Origin: a virus
Lineage: Duplodnaviria > Heunggongvirae > Uroviricota > Caudoviricetes
Reading direction: 5' to 3' (one strand)
IMG/VR virus record: IMGVR_UViG_3300025162_000035
Length of the DNA: 19,963 nt
Position 1 is the first letter of the stretch. The number at the start of each line of letters is the position of its first letter. A program made the translations under genes and the position numbers. This document shows, piece by piece, positions 13,116-19,963 of this stretch. The notes below the pieces were generated by a model. It saw only the letters and a program-made list of their open reading frames with translations, did no database searches and was not told the DNA's origin.

Positions 13116-14666
13116 ATGAAAACTATCAAAACCTCTAATAAAATATATTGGGCTCCATCTGATTTTTTGGAAGTGCTAAATAAGTTGAATTCGTCTCCAA
13201 CATCCTCATTAACTGCCAACAATAAATCAACCGATGGATTAAATATTGATGAAATTACAGGTAAGAAAATCATGATTCTTCATCGTTGTGTTAAAGAGGG
13301 GTCTAATACAACATTGAGATTAAAAGAAATAGCAGACAATATATTATCAGGAAAATGGGATCGTCACCCATTTCGTCAACGACCATTCACTTGGAAAGAT
13401 TCGAGGCAAATTCCATTTATTACAACTCTTTTAAAAAATTGCATTAAAAGTAGTACTAATGGATCAATGGCTATTGCTCCTATCTTTATCACCAAAAACA
13501 TTGAAGATAAAACTTACGTGGATGACGGATGGCAAAGGAGTAGTACTATACATCGGTTTGTGTATGGAAATCTTGAAATAAAGGGATATGATGCAGCATG
13601 GATTATTGGATTTTTCATTTTTCAGTTTATTGAATGTGCCAATAATGAATATCACCCAAACAGAAAATATTTTGTTGATACTCTGAAAAACCTTCATGCT
13701 GGGAATTTCAAAAAATTGGTCATTACGTATAAAAATCTTCCAGAATCGGTAAAAAATGAGTTTGATGATTTAGTAATGTCTGTACGTCATTTAATCATTG
13801 AGACAAGTACTTATGATTTTGAAACTGGTAAGATAACAATACGTCAGCAAGATTTAACAACAGAAAGCCCATTATGGGAGTGGTTTGTGAATGTTCAATT
13901 AGGTCAGGAAGCTATGACTAAGAAAGATGTTATCATGGCAATTCAAAATGATATCAATTATAAAACAATTGATATCAGTTATGATTTATCTACATTCTTT
14001 TTCAAAGATTCATATCAAGGACGAATGATAAATCAATCATTAATAGAAGCCTTATTATGTGTAACTGGAAAGGCTGCTATGAATAACACAAAGCAATCAA
14101 TCGATTATTTGAATAAGAACAGATTTCATGACTCCAAAAGTCCTGAGATGTTATTACTTCAAAAATTAGATTGGAATGTAAGATTGTTTTATAAAAACCA
14201 TTCAAATAGATTCAACGATTGCAAATTTAAAATGTCGCTAACTGATCTTAAATTTTATTGGTATTTATTATTATCTAATTGGGATAAATTATATTCAACT
14301 AACGGTGATGTTAGATTCCCTTTTACTTATAGTAATGAAATAAATAAAAATTATTTCAAATTTTTAGAAGTTTTAAGAGATATATCAGGTATTATCAGTA
14401 AAATAAGAAATGTTTATGATTCTAAATTGGGAAAGAAACCGTCCCAAAAAGAAATTAATGAAGTTTATGAATATGCTCTAACAATTGGTGACGATAAATT
14501 AAAGATGTTTACTATTACATATTTGACATCCTTGGTTGATTTTGCATCATTAACAAGAAATACTAAAAAGTTTTCAGCTTTTTTAAAAAATGAGGATGTG
14601 AAATTAAAAATCGATAAGATTATAGATTGTATTATTGAGCACTATAAATTTAAAAGAATAAATTAA
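13116..14666 (+). CDS. DUF262-like (ParB/sulfiredoxin fold) domain protein
   Basis: HPFRQRPFTW...FITTLLK...APIFI...YVDDGWQRSSTIHRF resembles the DUF262 QRxYxW...DGQQRxTT signature. Confidence 0.65.
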   Translation: MKTIKTSNKIYWAPSDFLEVLNKLNSSPTSSLTANNKSTDGLNIDEITGKKIMILHRCVKEGSNTTLRLKEIADNILSGKWDRHPFRQRPFTWKDSRQIPFITTLLKNCIKSSTNGSMAIAPIFITKNIEDKTYVDDGWQRSSTIHRFVYGNLEIKGYDAAWIIGFFIFQFIECANNEYHPNRKYFVDTLKNLHAGNFKKLVITYKNLPESVKNEFDDLVMSVRHLIIETSTYDFETGKITIRQQDLTTESPLWEWFVNVQLGQEAMTKKDVIMAIQNDINYKTIDISYDLSTFFFKDSYQGRMINQSLIEALLCVTGKAAMNNTKQSIDYLNKNRFHDSKSPEMLLLQKLDWNVRLFYKNHSNRFNDCKFKMSLTDLKFYWYLLLSNWDKLYSTNGDVRFPFTYSNEINKNYFKFLEVLRDISGIISKIRNVYDSKLGKKPSQKEINEVYEYALTIGDDKLKMFTITYLTSLVDFASLTRNTKKFSAFLKNEDVKLKIDKIIDCIIEHYKFKRIN

Positions 14667-15310
14667 TTTCCAAGATGTTCCAATTTGGCTTTTCTTAAAA
14701 AAGATTCAAATTCTTTCTTTGTAATTATTTCGCCTTGTGTAAGATAATGATCCCTCATACCTGATGAACCAATACAAACAACAGGGACTTTTATTTCTGA
14801 TTGAAACCTGAAATTACGAAATTCATTTTCTCTCATTTGATAGTTAATTCCACCTTCAGGCCCCATCTTTTGCCAGCCATCTACCATATCTGGGGTTCTA
14901 ATAACTATTGCAAGCACCGCCATTCCTTTATAGGTAACACACGTATCTTTACACAATTCATCAAATTTTGAATCAACGGTATTTCTTTGGTACCATCTAT
15001 CCAGAACAATTCCTTGTGTGATCATATGATCAAATGGCAATCTTTTATTTATTTTCTTAAGATGCTTGATGAGTTTAATTCGAGCGTTATTGTTTAACCC
15101 AAGTAATAAATCTGGTGGGTGTTGGTGATAATCATCATTATCCTCATAGATATGCAAACTTAAAAGTTCTGGAAACTTTTCACAAAAACTATAATATTCA
15201 TTATCTTTGCATTTCCTATTAGGTTCATTTACTTGTACTATCATTTTTCGATTTTGATATAATGTTTTCAGTACTTGATACATTTGATAAAATGGATTTC
15301 CTTCTTTCAT
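14663..15310 (-). CDS. Hypothetical protein
   Basis: 215 aa ORF, convergent with 13116-14666 via a shared TTAA. Confidence 0.75.
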   Translation of the reverse strand: MKEGNPFYQMYQVLKTLYQNRKMIVQVNEPNRKCKDNEYYSFCEKFPELLSLHIYEDNDDYHQHPPDLLLGLNNNARIKLIKHLKKINKRLPFDHMITQGIVLDRWYQRNTVDSKFDELCKDTCVTYKGMAVLAIVIRTPDMVDGWQKMGPEGGINYQMRENEFRNFRFQSEIKVPVVCIGSSGMRDHYLTQGEIITKKEFESFLRKAKLEHLGN

Positions 15311-15388
15311 ACAATATATTTAACTTTATCTAAGTTTTTTAATATATAGTATTGTTTTTGATGTAAAGTTAAAAAAATTAAAATTTTT

Positions 15389-15604
15389 ATGAAAAGGCTT
15401 GATGAAATAAAAAGGGGGTTAGAAATTCGTAATAAAAGGTTAAATCGGTTAAAAAGTATAAATGCCCCAGATGTTATACTTCAAAACGAATCAAAAATGA
15501 TTGAAGAATTAACACAAGAACTAAGTAAACAACCAGAAGAAATAGCAAGAAAAAGAAAAGAAAAATTAAACAAATTAAATAAAACAGATGAAAAAACCAC
15601 CTAA
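15389..15604 (+). CDS. Small coiled-coil hypothetical protein
   Basis: 71 aa, charged helical composition. Confidence 0.65.
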   Translation: MKRLDEIKRGLEIRNKRLNRLKSINAPDVILQNESKMIEELTQELSKQPEEIARKRKEKLNKLNKTDEKTT

Positions 15605-16172
15605 GTTAAAAATGTTTGAATCTTACGTTTATGATATTAAGCCTGATCTGGAGCGCATGAATAGAATGAATATTGAAATTGCGAATACTCAGAAGAAGTT
15701 GTATGCTAATAATGAAAAAAATGTTGAATTGATTGTAAAATTGATGGACGTTTTATATAAAGAGTATAATCGTGATAGGAGTCCTGAGGATGAAGAAGAG
15801 TTGGTATTTGATAATATTGAAATAAGCACCCCACCGTTATCTCAATCCCAAAATGGAGCATCTAAAAGAGAAATTACATTCTATAAAATTAAAACACAGG
15901 ATTTAAAAGGTAAGTTTAGTCTTCATCTATCTGATAGCTGGTATATCAGGCATTATGCTGGGGTGAATTGCCACGTGTACTACACAGAAAAAGATATAAT
16001 CACTGGTATGAATTCAAGAGCTGAGCAGTCTGATGATAGTTTATGGTATATGAGGGGTAAAAATGATGATTTTGAACCAGTCGCATATTTATTAGATGGT
16101 ATGATCAAAGCATTTCCAGCCGCATGGAAGCAAGTTGGAGTTAATGAAAAAACAAAAAGGTTCGATCTTTAA
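15588..16172 (+). CDS. Hypothetical protein, ...KLKMFES/KRFDL family
   Basis: 194 aa with family termini. Confidence 0.82.
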   Translation: MKKPPKLKMFESYVYDIKPDLERMNRMNIEIANTQKKLYANNEKNVELIVKLMDVLYKEYNRDRSPEDEEELVFDNIEISTPPLSQSQNGASKREITFYKIKTQDLKGKFSLHLSDSWYIRHYAGVNCHVYYTEKDIITGMNSRAEQSDDSLWYMRGKNDDFEPVAYLLDGMIKAFPAAWKQVGVNEKTKRFDL

Positions 16173-16234
16173 ACTTTCTCGATATTTTTCACTATATTTA
16201 ACTTAATAGAAACCTTAAGGAAGATTACAAACAA

Positions 16235-16606
16235 ATGGGATTAGATACTTCGCACAATTGCTTTCATGGGGCATACAGTGGGTTTAATAGATTTAGGCGT
16301 TGGGTTGCTAAAAATATAGGGTATAGCCTTGATGAATTTGTTGAATTTGGCGGGTTCAAAGACAGTGCAGAACTTGAGGATCATGATTTGTTTCCATTTT
16401 TATTTCATTCCGATTGTGAGGGTTATATATCTCCATCAGACTGTAAAAAAATTGCGGATGGTCTTGATGCTATGTTAAAAAAGGTTCCATTGGTGGAGAA
16501 GATCGGTGATATGTATTGGGGCGAGAACTTTAGAGACCGAGCAATATGCTTTAGGGATGGTTGTTTAGAAGCCTATAATGCTGGGGAATTTGTAGAATTT
16601 CATTAA
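16235..16606 (+). CDS. Phage-type hypothetical protein
   Basis: 123 aa, MGLD...YSGFNRFR...HSDCEG. Confidence 0.8.
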   Translation: MGLDTSHNCFHGAYSGFNRFRRWVAKNIGYSLDEFVEFGGFKDSAELEDHDLFPFLFHSDCEGYISPSDCKKIADGLDAMLKKVPLVEKIGDMYWGENFRDRAICFRDGCLEAYNAGEFVEFH

Positions 16607-16899
16607 ATGAGAATACTCGATAAATTACAAAAGGTTAAATATAGGGTAATTCTACTATTGCCGCCTTTGATTATTATCATAGTAGTTGCCATTTTACATC
16701 AAGGGCTTCAACGTGGTAGTTTTCAAATCATTTTTTTTTTAGTGGAGCCACTTGGCTTTTAGTTGGTGTAGTAATTATATTATGGGCTGATTCTAAATGT
16801 TGGAAAGAAAAATTTGATAGGTTAAGTCTTACCCCCAGAGAATATCTTCAACAGGGCAGACGAAAAAAACTTAAAAAATTAAGAAGAGTTTGGCGGTAA
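16607..16899 (+). pseudogene. Two-TM small membrane protein gene interrupted at a T10 run
   Basis: ATG 16607 frame encodes helix 1; the -1 frame after T10 (16731-16740) encodes SGATWLLVGVVIILW...RRKKLKKLRRVWR-stop. Confidence 0.6.
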
Positions 16900-16934
16900 G
16901 AACACATAAATTTTTTTTATCCGAATAAAAAATG

Positions 16935-16942
16935 TATCTTTG
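16935..16942 (+). promoter_or_regulatory. Bacteroidota-type -7 promoter element upstream of cas6
   Basis: TATCTTTG about 23 nt before ATG 16965. Confidence 0.5.
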
Positions 16943-16964
16943 ATATACTTAAACTTTTAAAAAT

Positions 16965-17630
16965 ATGATTCTTAAATTAACATTATCCAAAAATACTAAA
17001 ATCGTACCTTTCAATTATGCTATTCTGATTAGAGGTAAACGCCAAGGGTGGCTTGGAAACCAAGATAGGAATAAAATATCGTTATTTACATTTTCTAATA
17101 TATTAGGTGGAATATCAACTCCAAATGGATACAATTTTCCAAATGGTGGTGAAATTTATTTCGGTTATCACGATAAAACAGATATTATAAATATTATTTT
17201 AGCCATAGTAAAAAATAATAATTTTATTTGTGGCATGAAAATTATAAATTTTATTCCTGTAAATTATAATTCAATAACTACGGATGATTTTATCTGTTTA
17301 TCCCCAATTCATTTAGCAAAAAAATCAATTGGTTGGAATTCAAAAAATATACCAGTAACATATAAACATCCAGATAGTAATGTAATATTACAGGATACGA
17401 TGATACGAAAAATGCAAGCTGCTGGTGTTAATAGCAATTATTTTGACATTCAGTTTGATTTATCGGATAATACAAAATATATTAGCTCTATTTCTTATGA
17501 CGATAAAATAATAAAATATAGTGTTTGCTCACTTATCATAAAGGGTACCTCTCAGCAAAAGGAATTTTGTGTGAATGCGGGTGTTGGAAAATCAACAGGA
17601 ATGGGATTTGGATGTGTTTTACCTAAATAA
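16965..17630 (+). CDS. cas6: CRISPR-associated endoribonuclease Cas6
   Basis: C-terminal glycine-rich loop AGVGKSTGMGFGCV; LFTFSNI motif; 221 aa. Confidence 0.88.
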   Translation: MILKLTLSKNTKIVPFNYAILIRGKRQGWLGNQDRNKISLFTFSNILGGISTPNGYNFPNGGEIYFGYHDKTDIINIILAIVKNNNFICGMKIINFIPVNYNSITTDDFICLSPIHLAKKSIGWNSKNIPVTYKHPDSNVILQDTMIRKMQAAGVNSNYFDIQFDLSDNTKYISSISYDDKIIKYSVCSLIIKGTSQQKEFCVNAGVGKSTGMGFGCVLPK

Positions 17631-17639
17631 TTAAAAATT

Positions 17640-18218
17640 ATGTTTGTAGTAGTTTATAAAGGACCGTTTGGATTTATTAAGCCATATGACACTAATCGTG
17701 ATGATTATATCAAAAGTCAGAATTTTCTTTTACCGTCTGCCGTTAAGGGGATAGAATTATATTTATTTCCAGAACTATTAAAAGATAAGACACATATTCT
17801 CAAAAAGATTGTAAGATGTAAAATTAATTTTGATAATATAGTCAAAGATTTGGGAGTAATACAAAGCCCACTTGTTAAAAGAGTAAGTAAAAGGGCTACC
17901 GATAAAATGCATAGTTTTATATTAGCTACCAGTTGTATTGAGCGTGGACTTTTACACAATGTTACTGTATATGTCGGGTTTAATAATATGGATGATGCAT
18001 TAATAGCGTCAAGCAGTCATATTAGAATTAGTGGAAAAGATGAAACTTGTTACCCATCTGGTGACCGAGCTATTGAAATTTCGGATGATGAATTTGATAA
18101 AATAAGCGGGTGGGAATTTAAAGAAACAAGTCAGGATGATCCAAATTCTATTTTAGTTGGTAATAATCGATATAAAAACAATGAAAAAATATATGGAAAA
18201 ATTATCCATACTAAATAA
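17640..18218 (+). CDS. cas5: Cas5-like RAMP protein
   Basis: N-terminal VVYKGPFGFIKP and SQNFLLPSAVKGI resemble the Cas5 N-terminus; lies between cas6 and cas3. Confidence 0.62.
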   Translation: MFVVVYKGPFGFIKPYDTNRDDYIKSQNFLLPSAVKGIELYLFPELLKDKTHILKKIVRCKINFDNIVKDLGVIQSPLVKRVSKRATDKMHSFILATSCIERGLLHNVTVYVGFNNMDDALIASSSHIRISGKDETCYPSGDRAIEISDDEFDKISGWEFKETSQDDPNSILVGNNRYKNNEKIYGKIIHTK

Positions 18219-19963
18219 TATCAGGGCAAAAGGATTGCCTACAAATACTTCTTTATATCAGCATTTACATGATGCTAAAGAATTTATGAAAATTCTGGTG
18301 GAAAATTTAGATTCCACCTTTAATTTTGATTTATCCATATGTATAATAGCTGCTATATTACATGATATTGGAAAGGCTCATCCAGAATTTCAATTTAGGT
18401 TGGATAAACCATACAATCCAGATTGGAATCCGTTTAGGCATGAAATATCATCAATCCTATTCATATCGCTTTTTGATAAAAAGAATTGGGATACTATTAT
18501 AGATATGATCATAGCCCATCATAAATCTATTTATGTAAGAAGCGGCTCAAACATTGGAAGTTTTCACAAAGGAATCTTAACATTACACGACAATTTTGGT
18601 GATGATGTTTTTAATATGCATTGTGGAACCAAAGAAATGTGGGATGTGTGGTCAAAGGATGCGTTAGAAATATTATCTCATTTGGGAATATCAGTTAGAA
18701 ATATATCGTATGATGAAGCCAGACAAAATTATAATTATGTGTTAGATTATTGTCAAAAAATAAAAGATGATAATATTTGTGAAGTATCATATGATAGAGG
18801 ATTAATGAATGCTGCTGATTATATATCATCACATATTGATCAATCAAGAGGAAAAATAAATGAATTGATTGAAAAAATGTTTGTTGTTCCAGATTTTAGT
18901 TTTTATGAAAATCGGAAGAATAAAATGTATCCTTTTTCAATGATGGATATAAATAAAAAAAAGAAAAGAAAGCATACTATTATTATTGGTCCAACAAGTT
19001 CAGGAAAGACGGATATGCTCTCCAGATGTTGTAAAAAACGTGTTTTTTATATTCTTCCATTTCAGGCATCTATTAATGCCATGTATAATAGATTTCGGGC
19101 TGATCTGAATAACCCAGAAAATAAAAATTTAGCCATATCTTTATTACATGCAAATGCACAAAGTGTCTTAAATAACAATAATGATATATCGAGCCACGTA
19201 TTAAAAAATAAAATAGGTTGTGGGCTAAAGGTCTTAACACCTTATCAAATTTCAAAAATTCTTATTGGAGGAACAGGTTATGAGCAATTAATTTTAGATT
19301 TAGCTGGGCAAGATGTAATTATGGATGAAAATCAATGCTATAATGAAAGATCGAAGCCATTTATTTTAACTTTAGTTAAAGCTCTCGATAAGATTGGTTG
19401 CAATATTCATTTTGGTACTGCAACTATGCCTTCGGACTTAAAAAAGAAAATATTGAAGATTTTAGGACGTAACAACGTTGATGTAATAGAATTATCAAGA
19501 AAACAAAAAGCTGAATTTGACAGGCATATTGTATATAAAAGAAATTCTTTTGATGATTGTACGGATGCTATTAATGATGCGGTTTTACAAAATAAAAAAG
19601 TTTTAGTTGTTGCTAATACAATCGATGAATCTATACGTTTATATAAAATATTGAAAAGTAGATATTCAGATAAAAATAAGGTTCTTTTACACAGCCGATT
19701 TAAGCGAAAAAATCGAAATTATAAAGAAACGTTATTGTTCGATAAATCTTTTTTAGCGAATGGCTGTATAGTTGTTTCAACTCAAGTTGTGGAAGTAAGC
19801 TTGGATATAGATTTTGACGTTCTTTTTACTTATTGCTGTCCCTTGGATAGTTTACTACAGCGAATGGGTAGAATAAACAGAAGGCGTGGATTTAACAAAA
19901 TTTGCCCAGTTTATGTCATAAATGTGTATGATACTCCAGCAAAAGAAATGGTTGGTGGGTATA
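18193..19963 (+). CDS. cas3: Cas3 HD nuclease-SF2 helicase, 3' truncated by window edge
   Basis: Read manually (absent from ORF track): YQH, LHDIGK, RHE, AHH, AAD; GPTSSGKT, MDENQ, TATMP, LHSRF, STQVVEVSLDID, QRMGRINR; no stop through base 19963. Confidence 0.92.
   Translation, partial: MEKLSILNNIRAKGLPTNTSLYQHLHDAKEFMKILVENLDSTFNFDLSICIIAAILHDIGKAHPEFQFRLDKPYNPDWNPFRHEISSILFISLFDKKNWDTIIDMIIAHHKSIYVRSGSNIGSFHKGILTLHDNFGDDVFNMHCGTKEMWDVWSKDALEILSHLGISVRNISYDEARQNYNYVLDYCQKIKDDNICEVSYDRGLMNAADYISSHIDQSRGKINELIEKMFVVPDFSFYENRKNKMYPFSMMDINKKKKRKHTIIIGPTSSGKTDMLSRCCKKRVFYILPFQASINAMYNRFRADLNNPENKNLAISLLHANAQSVLNNNNDISSHVLKNKIGCGLKVLTPYQISKILIGGTGYEQLILDLAGQDVIMDENQCYNERSKPFILTLVKALDKIGCNIHFGTATMPSDLKKKILKILGRNNVDVIELSRKQKAEFDRHIVYKRNSFDDCTDAINDAVLQNKKVLVVANTIDESIRLYKILKSRYSDKNKVLLHSRFKRKNRNYKETLLFDKSFLANGCIVVSTQVVEVSLDIDFDVLFTYCCPLDSLLQRMGRINRRRGFNKICPVYVINVYDTPAKEMVGGY

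Noticed and set aside
16900-16964. Mini CRISPR array or leader upstream of cas6
   Set aside because: Only a weak A/T hairpin and a promoter-like box; no repeated unit
9-19255. Shadow ORFs in the track (9-368, 1047-1247, 2474-2707, 5352-5669, 8116-8355, 8959-9363, 9071-9283, 10068-10259, 10183-10398, 12013-12213, 12304-12651, 12644-12907, 13016-13273, 13464-13697, 17717-17959, 19073-19255)
   Set aside because: They overlap better-supported genes or tRNAs on the other strand or frame and show no recognisable motifs
1-19963. Stop-codon reassignment as in some large phages
   Set aside because: Long genes are intact in code 11; TAG, TGA and TAA all follow the RFDL motif as real stops; no CUA/UCA suppressor tRNA found (the UAG anticodon reads Leu CUA)

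Overview
AT-rich window that looks like part of a large (jumbo/huge) tailed phage genome, probably infecting Bacteroidota: there are no Shine-Dalgarno motifs, and TAnnTTTG promoter-like boxes are present. Positions 1-13030 hold a + strand tRNA array interleaved with accessory genes on both strands. Besides ordinary tRNAs (Tyr, Cys, Met/Ile2, Ile, Asn, Glu, Arg) it contains many non-canonical tRNA-derived RNAs: two circularly permuted tRNA genes split at the anticodon loop, a UAG-anticodon tRNA with a 138-nt structured insert, an Ile(UAU) tRNA with its D-loop motif relocated, Glu/Asn tRNAs with long variable arms, and tRNA-like RNAs with aberrant anticodon loops. A 3-4 copy covarying ncRNA family (ACAGCAA motif) displays a different anticodon stem-loop in each copy. 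Fifteen proteins end in (K/R)FD(L/M), and most start with an MKYLKLFE-like peptide; seven form a tandem array, six of them joined by five 35-nt junction repeats. Recognisable proteins are two endonuclease-like ORFs, an ADP-ribosyltransferase-fold protein, a papain-family protease, an ankyrin-repeat protein, a DUF262-like protein, and a cas6-cas5-cas3 module running off the right edge with no CRISPR array in the window. All calls come from manual reading and folding, without database searches.
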